Positions 1 through 13,704 of a DNA stretch of 64,000 bases are shown in pieces. Where the stretch lies: assembly GCA_964016885.1 (NCBI GenBank), contig OZ024740.1:87172001-87236000 (forward strand). The letters are read 5' to 3'. The notes below the pieces were generated by a model, which made no database searches, had not been told where the DNA came from, and worked only from the letters and a program-made list of their open reading frames with translations. This stretch comes from Eledone cirrhosa. Lineage: Eukaryota. The number at the start of each line of letters is the position of its first letter. Positions within the stretch are counted from its first letter, which is position 1. Made by a program: the position numbers and the translations under genes.

Positions 1-295
1 TCCACAGTAATGGTTAGCACAGAGAAACAGTATATTGAAGGTGTGGGTTTATGAATTTGACAACAGCCTAGGGATCTCTTTTCATGTCTTTTTCCAAATT
101 GCCATTTTGTTTCCAAGTTCATTGAGCTAAAGTTGCCAACAGGGATGTCCTCCTCAGAGTCAGAGAGAGTTAATTCCACACTTATAATTATATCTGTATA
201 AATACAGAGTGGGAAACCGAGACTGCACCGGTGTGTATATAAATATACACATATCTAATATTTAGGTATGTAAACATGACAGAAAATACGAATTA

Positions 296-296
296 G

Positions 297-330
<34 letters not shown>

Positions 331-341
331 TACATATATAC

Positions 342-400
<59 letters not shown>

Positions 401-434
401 TACGTATATAAATATATATATATATATATATATA
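296..434. repeat. (TA)n microsatellite
   Basis: Direct reading; it accounts for the YIYI ORF at 255-491. Confidence 0.95.
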
Positions 435-696
435 CACATTTAAATTAAATGAAATTAAGGGAGTCATGTCCGAGACATGCGCCATATCCACTGTAGAATA
501 AGCTCAAAGATTCCAATGAATAGATCCGAGCATTGCAACAGGTGCGATGGGTCACTCGCAGATTTGCATTTGATGTGTAAACACAGATAGTTAAATCTTC
601 TCCCTTGCTGAAGATCCGAGATTTGGCTGCTGTGACTTTACGGATTAATGCTGAAATATGTTTCTTTAACGAAATATGTACAAGGAAGATTAATCA

Positions 697-810
697 TTTT
701 TTAAAAGGTAACATTTGAAGCTCTAGTTAAACTTTAATTAGTTACCTACCTAGCTATGTGTGATTATACACTTTACAAATTATCTCCTGTGATTGTTTCA
801 TGTATTTATT
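697..810 (+). repeat. Dispersed repeat of unknown class; reverse-complement copy at about 43010-43125
   Basis: tttgaagctctagttaaactttaattagttacctacctagctatg...ctttacaaattatc..tgtgattgtttcatg matches the reverse complement of 43010-43125 with few mismatches. Confidence 0.8.
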
Positions 811-2149
811 CTAGTTGATATGTATATGTATATATAGACACACACACACACACACACACACACACATTGGCAACAACTATCAATGATTGTTGCTATAAAG
901 TTAGAACATTTCACAATATTTTCTTCCTGATTAGAAAATAAAGGAAAAAAAACAGAAAAAAGAGAAATAGCTGCAATAAACATTGCAAATGGAATAACAA
1001 GTGAAGGTTAGCAGAAATAGCTGGTCCACTCTATAAATAAACACATCAATGAAGCTATCAAAAACAAAGTCTTCTTTACAGAGCCAGAATGTCTAAACTA
1101 CTAGCATTCAGATTCTTTTTCAGTGTGTGATTACAGGTCTTATATAAAAACCAAAAGCTCAATTGTTATATAAAGAAAAAATGTTAACATATAATGCATT
1201 GAAACAAGTATGTAAAATATGGACACTGTTTGTGTGTAATGTCTGTATGTTGTTTTGAAACAACACGAGGTTGTTTAGTACACATTTCTACATATCCTCT
1301 ATGGTTTCTGTTCAGGAAAGTGATTGAGGTTTTCAGAAGTTGAGACCACTGTGTAGACCACCAGAGAGAATATTGTAGAGTGATACAATTCTATGGTTAA
1401 TTTCACACACATAATCAATTAAAATCATCATCATCATCATCATCATCGTATATATATATATATATATCTGCTTCTCTTCTGTGGGTGTTCCCAAAGGAAC
1501 AACAAAGATATTTTCTGTCACATTGTCTGTAACATTCAATGTTTTTTAAATATTATAAATTACTCTGGAGTTTTCTGTTTCTAGCTTGTGGTTTTCATTA
1601 TTCTTCTAAATAAAGTAACTTTACATTACATTACATATGATCACCTGCTTCGTCATGATGCTATAGTTTGGAAATATATATATATATATCTATATATATA
1701 TATCATGTTTATGTATTTGTTCCATAAGATTCCTCATGTGAAACCTAGAAACTGAAAACAGAATAAGACACATGAGGGAAGAAAAATGGACAACACAGAT
1801 CCAAACAATGCAATTTACAAGAACACACACATGCACACAAGGCACACATATACAAGCCAAATACATAGACACACACAAGGCACACATATACAAGCCAAAT
1901 ACATAGACACACACAGCGCAGACAAAAAAAAAATGTACCACAGAAAGACAAAATGGAGTAAATTGAACAGGACCAAAAAGAAGAAGAGACAAATAATCAG
2001 AAAAGAAAAACAAGTCATCATTGGGAAGGTCCCAGAATGAGTGATGAACACTTTCACAAATTAAGCAAAGTTTAATGATAATAAAGCTTAAGTGAGAGTT
2101 TTATGTGTTTTTATTGACAAAGTTGGCAAAATGACCATCTCCAAATATT

Positions 2150-2151
<2 letters not shown>

Positions 2152-2218
<67 letters not shown>
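2152..2218. repeat. (TA)n microsatellite
   Basis: Direct reading. Confidence 0.95.
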
Positions 2219-2220
<2 letters not shown>

Positions 2221-2620
2221 TTATAATAACAGACATGATCAACCACTTTGTATTAGATTTGCTTGGGAAGTGGTAATTTGAGCAGGTGTGTGCTTTGATA
2301 TATTCCTCCTTACCTATCTTTCTCACTGTGTCTCTCACACACACAGTATTGAGTAGATATATCTGTGTTCCAGATAGCTGCTCTCAAATTACAGACTATC
2401 TATCTGACTCTCTATCTGTCTATCTCCCTACATACCTATCTGTTTATTTATCTATCTGTCTCTCTATCCATCTACCTACCTACCTACTTACCTATCTATT
2501 TAAGAACATTTATCAATGTATCTATCTTCAGGCAAGAAAAGCAATGGCAACAACAAAGCATGAATCCCAAAATTTTTTTACCATAAAACCGGTTTTTATA
2601 GGTACTATGCTAGTATATAT

Positions 2621-2844
2621 TTCATTTCATTTCATTTCATTTCATTTTACGTCCGCTTTTCCCTGCTTGCAAGGGTGGGACGGGAACTGATTCTGGCTTG
2701 ATTTCTACAGCTGGATGCCCTTCCTAACACCAACCTCATTTACAGTGAGTGCTGGGTGCTTTTTTGCCGTGGCACCTCCACGACCACTTTGCAGTGGAAT
2801 GATATGGACCTCAGTCCCTATCATCTCATTTCTACAGCTGAGTA
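2621..2844 (-). mobile_element. 5'-truncated SINE (family of 43648-43984) with (ATGAA)n tail and 15-bp TSD
   Basis: Nearly identical to 43660-43863. TSD tatgctagtatatat at 2606-2620 and 2843-2857. Confidence 0.9.
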
Positions 2845-2914
2845 TGCTAGTATATATATACTAGCATAGTACCTATAAAAACCGGTTTATATATATATAT
2901 ATATGTGTGTGTGT

Positions 2915-3350
2915 CAGGGGCGAAGGGTCCGTGCATGCAACGCATGCAGTGCATGCGATATAGAATCTTGAGTTGATCAATTGCGGCAGTTGAAGCAAGC
3001 AGAATTTTGGCTGCTTACTAAAACGTATAGACACAAAAAAAGTTAACACACACAAACACAACAGTTTTTGGGCAAGCAGAATTTTGACTGCTTACTAAAT
3101 CGTAGACATAAAATATAACACACACACACATACACACAATAGCTTTGGGGCAAGCAGAATTTTGACTGCTTACTAAATCGTAGACACATAAAAAGATAAC
3201 ACACACACACACACACACTAGATAACACTATATGCGGCTTTGACCGGGAGGGTCATTTAGAGGGAACTGGGGGGGGGAGCTGCACAGCCCCACTTTCCGC
3301 CATGGCGATTGGACTGCATGCCCTGCTTTCCAGGTTGCCCTTTGCCACTG
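2915..3350. mobile_element. MITE-like non-autonomous DNA transposon (CAG-type TIRs, hAT-like) inserted in (TG)n
   Basis: TIRs caggggcgaaggg / ccctttgccactg (11 of 13 match), (TG)n on both flanks, GC-richer interior. Confidence 0.65.
2996..3215. repeat. Three tandem ~77-bp units inside the MITE
   Basis: caagcagaattttg(g/a)ctgcttactaaa..gta recurs at about 2996, 3073 and 3151, separated by (CA)-rich spacers. Confidence 0.9.
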
Positions 3351-6300
3351 TGTGTGTGTGTGGGGTGGGGGGCAGGGTTTGCACTCAAGGAGCAGAGAAC
3401 AGGAACAAAATACTGCAAAGCATTTTATGCTCACACTCTAATATTTTTGCTAATTTGCCATTCTATATAATATATATAACATCATCATCCGTGCTCGTTA
3501 AGACTAGGTACTCTGCTTCCCTGCATAAGAGGCTACTAAAGGGTTTTCCATTAGGAAAGGCATCCATCTTGGACATATTGCTTTAAAATGTATTCCAGGT
3601 TTGTGTTGGCCTGCATGGCTAATCCTTGTTTTAACAGGAAAACTGGTCTTAAAAAAGCTTGATATATCGACTTTCCCCACCCCCAAAATCGTTGGCCTTG
3701 TGCCTATAATCGAAATCATTATTTTCATATCTGGATGCTTTTCCCATACTATAAACCAGAATACAAGGAGCATATATGCATACTGATGTGTGTACACACC
3801 CACACACATATATAATCTAGAAGCTATCAGTGTGTAGTTGCAATAGACATAAAATAAAAATACATTGACAAATAAGACCTTATAAATTTAGGCCTCACAG
3901 ATGAGATACTGCAATGATATGGAGATATTCATTTCTGACAAGACCTATGAAACGATTAGCACAGAGAATGGAATTGATCATACTGATCGTTATAGCATAT
4001 CTTTAAAAATCAATGAAACACATAAAATAGAGTAGGATATGAGTCTGTACATGTGCATGTGTGTGTGTGTGTGTGTGTGGGAAAACTGCTGGTTGGAAAA
4101 TAAGCTATTTATTATATACACATATAGAATACAAACATTGACCACCTGTAATTTTTATGTGGCTTCATTCAAACAGAGCATTAATTAAGAAAACAGCAAG
4201 TAAATCTGAATCTTATAATTATTTCTATATACATGATTCAGTAACACTTTTCAAAATGTGTAAACGAAAATAAGCAGCCAGCATCACTGCATGTGTGTGT
4301 GTATATGTATATATATATATATATAAAGACAATGTTACACTATTAATTACATACATACAGGTCTACCTATATTTGCAAATGTGTTAGTAAGCAAAATAAG
4401 CACACATTATCAAAAATGAGTTACATAAATATTATTGTTGCTGAAATAAGTAGAAGCAGTGCCTATCATTTTAAGAAACTGATTATCTAAAAGATTATGA
4501 GGTGTTAAGAAATAAATTTACTTTTGTCAGTTGAAGGCACTAAACAAATTTTAAATCTAATTCAATTGATACTATATAATCATAGGGTATAGAATGTTAA
4601 TTTAGCAGTAGACAGGAAAAGTAGCAAAATATTTTTAGTTGCAAGCTGTAGAAAGATTGGGAAAGAAATACACTGCTTCTAAGCAACAGCAAAAAAGATT
4701 CTCTCACCATACATAAGAATGATGATATATGTTAGATAAATGTGTGCTGCACCATGTTTTGTTAGAATAGATAGAAAGGAAGGAGCTAAATGACCAATGT
4801 GAACTTAATGTGACTAGATATTATAGGCACTGGCTAAGAAAATAAAAGTTCAAAAAAATAACACAAGCTGTTTAGATAGAGGATAAGAATGAATGAGGTG
4901 TAAAGGATAAAATTAATGATTTAGGAGCAGCTACTTGACACTAGCTGAGGAAAAAGTATACCAAAGATGTGTCAGAACAAAGTAATTTAAACAGATCTAA
5001 TATAGTTGAAACTTGTGATAAATGATAAAAGCAGAGAGAGATAGTAAGTTTATAAAGCAATGACAGATTGAAACATCAATGACAGTATGAAAAAAGGTTT
5101 TAAAATTGATGATTATTTTGTTTCTTAAAGGTGTTTTTGTCTATTATGTTTGAGGAGAACAAAGCTCATGACATTTGTAGGTTCTAAGAGAATGAGATCA
5201 ATGTGGTTGATGTTCAGTTGAAACTGCTGTAGGTTGCCATATGCAAGATGAATGCAGATGAGAGTAGGGGATTCCTGAAGGTTGTATGTAGCTCCAGTGA
5301 GAAAGTACTTTATAACATGTTTTGTGAGTGGTTTGAGAGGTGGGGCACAATTGATGGTAACAAGAAGAGCAGGTGCTTATGGTGGGCCGAGGAAGAAGAA
5401 GAAGAAACAACATTGTTGTAGAGTGTCTATGATATACTTTTCCTGGTGAGTGTGTGTGTGTGTGTGTGTGTGTGCGTGAGTGTGTGTGCGTGTGTGTAGC
5501 AGCAATAATCCCAGTAAAATGGATTGTAATTGAGTATTGTAAATGGTCAACATCCTTATAAGGGCTGAAGTATATTCTAACTCAAGAGAAAAAGGCTGCA
5601 TAAAATATGTACATTTAACTAAAAGGATGGTGCCAAACATCTACTTAATTGTCTTGAAAGGGTCAGAGGTGAAGAATATTAGATGCTGCGATTAGCCAGT
5701 GAACAACTGGCAGAGCTATGACTTAAAGCACCAGAGGGCAAGGGTTGTTATACTGTAGGAAAATGTGAGGTATATTATCTTGATTAGACAATGTTAAAAG
5801 GATTATTTGTGCTCAGAGGCATTGATGGGGCTGAGTAAACATTAGATTTTAAGGGAATAAAGAGACCTTGTATAGAGTTCAGAGTAGCAAACAATTCAAT
5901 ATTCATGCCAGATATATTAGAAAGGAAAGAGAGTGAGAACCAAGCATGATAATTTACATTGAGATCACCAACAGTAATTATTTAGAGTTGTGATAGATGT
6001 CCACAATAAAAAAAATTCTGAAAAGACTACTGGTATGATATATACACTATAATTGTAGCATTAATGTCACTTATCACTAGCCAAATATATTATCAAATAC
6101 ATTATACCATTAGTTGAAATTGTTCTCTTTTGAAACTAAATATAAACATTCATTAATAAATGTCAACGTGAACAAAAATTAATATTCAAAATTAGAGTTT
6201 ATATTAATTCCCCATGAAATTTGCCTAATAAATATTGCTATTTTAGTAATTACGTTTATTATTTATATCTAACATTTCTCTGACACTTTATTAACACTAA

Positions 6301-7924
6301 GCAATTCTAGTTTTCTACACCAACAATCTTGTATATTTACTGAGAGATTCTCCCATCATTACTGTAGCAAATACAGGGGAGAATTTCTTTCACTGATGAG
6401 GTCATTATAAAACTAAAACATAGACCATATGAGTGAGATATGGTTTCTATCAGTCGATGTCCTTATCATCAAACATCTTTCCAAAATGTTCAGGGTACTT
6501 TATATTGTAGCACCAGCACAAGAGAGGATGCCATGTTTTCAACAAATCTGTTGAGTTCTCTCTAATCTAAATTGGCTCTGTTCGGAAACTAACAACTCAG
6601 AGTGTACTGGGTGCATTTTATCATAGTACCAACACTAAAGCAGGCCCCTTGCCCCTGCAAAGTTAAATAATCCTCTCTACTATTCATTCATTAGTCGTTA
6701 AATGCAAATGTGATGGCAAGTTTGAATAGAAAGGGAGCGATAGCCAAGAGGTTGAAAGAGGAGAAAATAATAATGTTAGAGTGAAGTGAGAAAATAAAGA
6801 GAAAGGATGGTAGGAGAAAGAGGGTGATTGTAGTAAGTACATGTTGGTTGTTGTTGTTAGATCAAGTAGAAAACAGCATGAGCAAGGTGATGGGATGACA
6901 TTTAGGATGTGCCATAGTAGGAAAGAACAAATGATGGATAGATAGTACCAGTTAAGTGATATGTTAATTGAGAGTGGTAGGTGCTAGCTAAGAGTCTCAT
7001 GGAGGAGAGAAAATGATTGTTAGTAGCAGACAATGATAGTATTAGATATCAACATCTGTGATAGATATCAAGTATGTGTGTGTTTGTTTCATAAGGGAAA
7101 TGGGAAACAACAGACTGATTTACATTGCAAATATTTTGGTATATGATTTGTGACGTATTTTACCACGGACATTGCATAACACACAAGCCCTTAAAGGTTT
7201 GTCCGATAAAGGAGTTTCTATGTGGTCACTCGATTTGCAAGATATTGCAGCCAAAAACCCCTCAAACAACACTCTGCCACATTGAAATTTGAGAAACACA
7301 ATTGGAAATGTAGCTCTAGATATACAATGGCCTAAGAATATGAGTTAGTCATGGCTAGAAGGTATTTGATTATAGTTCTGCTCAAAGAAAAGTGGTAAGA
7401 TCTTAAGTTCAGGAATAACCCAACACCTAGTGTCCCAAGAAAATTGAGATGAATATTTATTTGATATTTGGTGATCAATGAATACTATGACTTTGCCGAC
7501 ACAATTGATTGTATTTTTTGTGTCCACAGATGGCTGATGGAAATGTAGGGCACATACATGTAGTTTATGGTTTCTTTTCGATTTTGTTACCTACATATGT
7601 CTCTTGTAAGGAATTTGCACCTTTGTTGATGAGTGTGCCATAATTACTTGTTCTGAGCAAGTTGTTCATACAAATCTCCATCAATACTCTGGTTTGAAGC
7701 TATCTTTGGAGGTATTTATGTGGTTGCCAACTGTTCTCTTCTTTGTAGCAAGCCCACCATAGTATGTATGGATCCATAACTCCTGAGGGAGTTGTAGAGG
7801 TGTCATACAGCATATCTAAGGCATCCCATCTCCTCTCCAGATCCGAATACAATAGATTTCTTGTAAAGAAGTAAAGAGAGTGAGAGAAAGGAAGTAAGAA
7901 AGAGATATAGAGGAAGAATCAACC

Positions 7925-8075
7925 TAAGTGCTAGACTGGTATTTTTTTTATTGACCTCGTATGGATGAAAGGCAAAGTTGACTTTGGTAGGGAACTCAGA
8001 GAGCCAGAATGAATACCACAAAGCATCCTATCCAAAATTCTAACATCTCTGCCAATTTGCTACCTAAGCTCACCA
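7925..8075 (-). mobile_element. Degenerate SINE, family 2 (see 13487-13704)
   Basis: ggatgaaaggcaaagttgactttgg...gaactcaga core and head ...ctgccaatttgctacc. Confidence 0.7.
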
Positions 8076-9777
8076 TAGATAAGTTGCTTTTGCATACTTA
8101 TATTGTTCATGTGGTTGACATGACATGTCTAGAAAATGTGGTTCTGTTGCTACAGAGGATGTATTAATGGGCAAATTAATCAAACAGAATAGCATTCAAA
8201 TTCCAAAGTGATATGTTTTAAACTTTGCAGTTCTACTCCACCAAAAAGTTAATTGTTATAACGTCTATGAAATATAGTGAATATATTTGTTATAGTTTAT
8301 AAAATGTTTCAGTTCTGTCATATCAGCAATCACATCATGAATTGATTTAGGAGTTCACAAAGTTAAGATCAACATAACAAAATTGAGATACCATTAATTG
8401 AAGGACATCATCATAAGTATATCATACAGAAAAATATATGAAATAACAACCATACTAAAGAAAATATTTCATTAATTGATAAGGTCACTACTGCTATTTC
8501 TCTGCTCCAAATAACTATTTTATTACTACTATTGGGTCTTCAAAAGAAATCTTTAATATTTTTTTTCAGTTAGATAGCTTCTATATGTAATGTACTTATG
8601 ATGCACAAATCATTCTAAAGTGTAGGCAATGGCTTCAACTTTACACACACTTTAGAACGAGAAAACGAGTGAGAGAAATAGCAAAAAAGAAAAAAAGTGA
8701 GAGAAAGAGAAAGAGAGGGGGGGGGGGGGAATTGAGAGAAATAAATTTTAAAAAATGTTTAAATGTGATAGATAAAATATAATATCACAGGAAAAATGTT
8801 AAAAGATTTATCTCATATATATTGAAGAACTTATTCACTTTTGATTATTGACAATAAAGTGTATGTATGTATGTATATTTTTTTATATAAAGATATATGC
8901 CTGGAATACATACACATACAAACAAACACATACTTGTATATATTTCTATATGAATAAACAGACAATTGGTCATATGTATGCATACACATTTATTATGTAT
9001 TAGGAGCGTGTGTGAATGTTAGCTTGTCAGTGTGTATGAATATTCATAAATGTTTATATGTGCACACACACACACCATATCTGGTGTGCACACAAACATA
9101 CTATTACACTTACAAAATATAGGAAATATCTTTCTTTTTTTTTTTTTTTTTGAAAGATATTAACACTTATATATTAGATTACAGTCATAGATATAGCTCA
9201 AGCAATAATTTTCAAAAATCAAAAAATAATTTAGAATATCAAAAAGAATATTGATTCTTGCAGTATATCACAAATATAAAATGAAGTTATCTTTCATTTA
9301 GACAGAAAGCAAAATTGTGTAAGTTTTAAAATGAATAACTCAAAGGCAGTTTATAAACTGACAAAAGATTTTTTATATCTTATATGACATAACAGTGAGT
9401 AAAGGGGTTTTGAAAACTGTGAAATCTGGATCAATGCTCAACTTGTGCACTATGAAGAGTTTGTTCAAAGATAAAGTTAGAGAAGAGAACAACTTAAATG
9501 GAAACAATATCATGAAAATAAAATATACAGTGCTTTTCAAATCCTAAAAAGGTAGATCAAAAATATATATCATCCAAAATACATTTATAACCATGAAATG
9601 ATTTGGTGAAACATACTTTGCAATATTTTCTTCATCTTCCAGCAGAGATAAAGGAAATTTGAAAACAAAGACGAAAGTAAAGCCATATAAATTTTGTATT
9701 GATTGAATAGTTATCATTACTAAAAAATGTGGAACCAAGATAACCAAAGAGTGAATAATAAATGATGTGTCAAAGCT

Positions 9778-11130
9778 AATAATAATTGTTTCTACTTTTG
9801 GCACAAGGCCAGCAATTATTCCAGTGCATTACTGGTACTTTATTTCATCGACCCCGTAAGGATGAAAGGCAAAGTTAACCAGACCATAAAGGACCGTAAC
9901 TCTATGCTGCAAAGCATGGCGTCCGACCCTCTACCGATACTGCCAATCCACCAATAATGACTTCTAACATAGGCACAAAGCCAGCAAGTTTTGGAGGAAG
10001 AGAAATTTGATTAAATTGACCCAGTGTTTGACTGGATAAAAGGTAAAGTTGACCTTGGTAGGATTTGATCTCAGAACGTAAATGGACGTAACTATATGCC
10101 ACAAAACATTTTCATTACTACTAATAATAATAACGGCTTCTAATATTGGTACAAGGCCAACAAATTTGGGGGGGGAAGGTTAAAGTTGATCAAATCAACC
10201 CAGTGCATTACTGGTGCTTTATTTCATCGACCCCATAAAGACGAAAGGCAAAGCTAACCTTGGTGGGATTTGAACTCAGAACATAAAGGGCCATACTTCT
10301 ATGCTGTAAAGCATTTTCATGATTAATAATAAAAATAATGGTTTCTTATTTAGGTGCAAGGCCAACTATTTGTGGGGGAGGGGAAAGTTGATTAAATCGA
10401 CCCCAGTGCATCAGTCGTACTTTATTTTATCAACCCTGTGGGGATGAAAGGCAAAGCTAACCTTGGCAGGGTTTGAACTCAAAATGTAAAGAAGCGTAAC
10501 TATATGCTGCAAAGAATTGTCATGACTACTACAAATAATAATAATAATTGTTTCTACTTTAGGCTCAAGGCCAGACATTTGAAGGGGAGGGGAAAGTCAA
10601 TTAAATCAACCTCAGTGCATTACTGGTACTTTATTTTGTCGACCACATAAGGATGAAAGGCAAAGCTAACCGTGGCAGGAATTGAACTCAGATTGTAAAG
10701 GGCTGTAACCCTATGTCATACAGCATATTGTCCGACCCACTATCAATACTGCCAATCCAACAATAATAATATTTATAGCATAGGTGCAAGGATCAGAAAT
10801 TTTGAGGGAGAGTTTACCTGATTACATCACCAGCACTTGACTGGTAACTTTATTGAGTTGAAAGTCAATGCTGACGATGTGGTATTTGCACTCAGAGATG
10901 TAACTATATACAACAATGAGCTAACACTTCTGCCAATAAACCCCCCTTTAATATTTTCTTCAAGGAACACAAGGCCATAAATTGGGAGGCAAAAGTTAGT
11001 TGATTCAATCGACCCCACTAAATGACAAGTACTTTATTTTATCAACCCCCAGTATAATGAAATGAATAATTGACTATATATCTGTATAGTCAATTTAATA
11101 GACCTCTGGTACTTGACTGGTATATACTTT
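9778..11130 (-). mobile_element. Head-to-tail cluster of about 7 family-2 SINE copies separated by (AAT)n
   Basis: The unit ttcta..ttggcacaaggcc...ccagtgcattactggtactttattt..atcgaccc..ggatgaaaggcaaag..aacc restarts near 9780, 9953, 10123, 10325, 10533, 10762 and 10950. Confidence 0.85.
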
Positions 11131-11509
11131 ATTAAGCCCTCCTCTGAATGCTCTCAAAAGAATGAGTTTTGTTAAAGGCTGCCAAAGTCCAGGTGGTAGT
11201 GTTAAACTGAGCCATGGATGAAGCCTAGAACCTGCAACAAGCTACAGCAGTATCTAAACTCAGAATGCAAAGAGATGCTCAAATACCACAGGGTTTCTCA
11301 TCTGATGTTCTCACAATTCTGTGAATCCACCGAAATGGCAAGGCAAAGTTGACGTCAGTAAAATGTGAACTCAGAGAACAGTGGAACAGAAAAAATACTG
11401 AATTGCATTTTGTCCTATGCACTAATAGCCCTGATCTGATACATGTGATTATTTTAGATTCCTAATGTATAAGTTAGGACAAGTAGTGTCGATAACTTAT
11501 ACATTAGTA

Positions 11510-13330
11510 TATCAAAAGGGTGTAGTTAGACGATAAACAAAACCACTAGAGTAGTAAGGATACTAGGACTCATTTCTGATAGATGAATTAATGGCCCAAG
11601 ATTGCAGGAAACAGCATATAAATCATGCAATGGCATGGAATGATTTAGAAAGTACTATGACATAATTTCTCATTTCTGGATAATAAAATACTTTGATATT
11701 TTAGGGATAGCTGAGGATGTAAATGAGTTGACTGTAAAGCGTATGAGTAAATGGAATAGAAATTAAGGTATTCTAGTGAAAAGGTAGGAAGTATTAAAGT
11801 AAATAGAGGAACTGTTCACGATGATAGCTCATCCCTTTTGCCTTTCATGATATGCATGATACTTTAACACTGCTAAGAATGGCAAGGCATGGATATATTA
11901 CTGAATGTAAGCAGCATAAGGTAAATCAGCTTCTCTTTATGGATGGCTTGAAGTTGTTTGTAAAGAACGAAGATCAAATAGACTCTTTAGTATAAAACAC
12001 TCGATGGATTTAGTGGAGATATTAGAATGGAATTTGGGATTTATATGTGTGGCTTTTATGCAATAAAAAAAGGAATGATGTTGGGAAGTAATGGAATAGA
12101 GGTGCTAGATAAGAAACTCAAAGAACAGGTAGCTACAGAAAGGTGTAAATACTTAGGTGTAACAGATAAGATAAAGGTAGACTGACATGATGGAGGAATG
12201 TTTTAAAAAGGAATACTTCAGGTTAAAATTAGCACTTTAACTTAAGCTAAATGGTAAAAGTAATAGTTTTACCATTACACATGAGCCATATCACTTTTTC
12301 TGTATAATGGAGGAGTTCAAAATGGAACAAATAGAAGGCTAGTTTAGATAAGAAAAGTCAACGGGATAATGCTGCTAGTATGATGTGTATATCCAATAAA
12401 AATGGAGAGATAGGATTAATTAGTTGTGAGGAATATATTGAGTGAAGAGAATAGTGGTATATGATGTATACATAAAAATATTGTAAAATTCAGGTTGGGA
12501 GTGATTTTGAAAACAAATTTAAGATTGAAAAATGCATGACACTAGGAGAATTGAAGACAAGATACCTTTAAATAAAATTAAAATACACAATGAAGGCTGA
12601 GTAAGAAACATAAATGTAAGACATTTTTTAATATTTTAGAAAAATGACATAAAATGATTATGATGATGGTGGATGAATGAATGAATACGGGTATATCTTT
12701 GTCATGGATGAAAAGAAAAACATATCAGACCTAAAGTAAGTGATCTTCAAAGCTCAGAAAATTACATTAAATTCCACATAAACAGAAGTAAATGAACAGT
12801 GTGACAAAAAAGTGGAAATGTAGTGATTTGATAAGTGTTTACAGTAAAAGAGCTGACAAAGAATATAAGAGGCAACATGATCATGTCACATGGAACACCT
12901 ACAGAAAATGATATGGAAAGTATAATTAGAAAGGACAGAGAAATGGTATAAATACCAGTATCTCAGCCTATTTTTGATTAAAGATATTAAGATTGTCATT
13001 TCAGCATAGAGTATGACCATGTGATAGACAGTCAGAGATACAGTATTGTAGTGAAGTAATATCTAGAAACTGCGAAGTAATTGATATTTTAATACCTGGT
13101 GATACTGGAATTGGGATTAAGGAACAATGAAAAGTGGAGAAGTATCAGAAAGTCAAACAATGCATGATAAATATGTGTCACTAAAGAAAGTATATCCTAT
13201 AGCAATAGAGATAAGATCTATAGGTATTGTTTCTAGTATATTAAACAAATAATATCATAATGCTTACAAAACCTATTTTATGAGGCCGAGTTAGAATATT
13301 AAGAAGAGTATAAGAGATCTTGAGTAAATC
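11510..13330 (+). mobile_element. Highly degenerate non-LTR retrotransposon with restriction-like endonuclease (R4/Dong-like)
   Basis: Manual translation across stops and frameshifts gives AMAW..YDIISHFWII, DSSSLLPFMICM, VNQLLFMDGLKLFVKNEDQIDSLV, GDIRMEFG, KYLGV, EYKRQHDHV and VIDILIPGD..KVEKYQ, collinear with R4-type RT and RLE motifs. Confidence 0.75.
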
Positions 13331-13486
13331 CGAAATATAACAAGTATAAAACAAACAGTGACCTCAAATTACTAAATATATATCATTTCTAAAAGTAGCA
13401 CAGTCACATATAAGATCCATAGAGTGCAAAAGATGGTGATGGTAATAATAATTATTACATTGTTATTATAATTAATTGGTTCTTTA

Positions 13487-13704
13487 GGGTGGTGAACTGG
13501 CAGTATCGGTAAAGCATCAGACAACATGCTTTGCAGCATAGTTACAGTCCTTTACATTCTGAGTTCAAATCCTGCCAAAGTTAACTTTATCTTTCATCCT
13601 TTTAGGGTTGACAAAATAAAGCACCAGTAATGCACTTGTGTTGATTTAATTGAATTTCCCCTTCCCTCAAAATGTTTGGCCTTGTGCCTAAATCAGAAAC
13701 CATT
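13487..13704 (+). mobile_element. Full-length tRNA-derived SINE, family 2, with 16-bp TSD
   Basis: A-box-like TGGCAGTATCGG, B-box GAGTTCAAATCC, core ctttcatcctttt.gggttgacaaaataaagcaccagt, short (ATT) tail. TSD attaattggtt(c/t)ttta at 13471-13486 and 13705-13720. Confidence 0.85.

Noticed and set aside
255-2690. ORFs rich in YI, CV and LS repeats
   Set aside because: They are translations of (TA)n, (TG)n and (TCTA)n microsatellites.
2996-3215. CRISPR-like repeat-spacer appearance (also 23146-23325)
   Set aside because: The spacers are related (CA)-rich sequence rather than unique, the context is eukaryotic and there are no cas genes.
6388-6440. CTGATGAG hammerhead-like motif (weaker ones near 608 and 38042)
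   Set aside because: GAAA and the NUH triplet are missing and the stems are poor; too degenerate to call.
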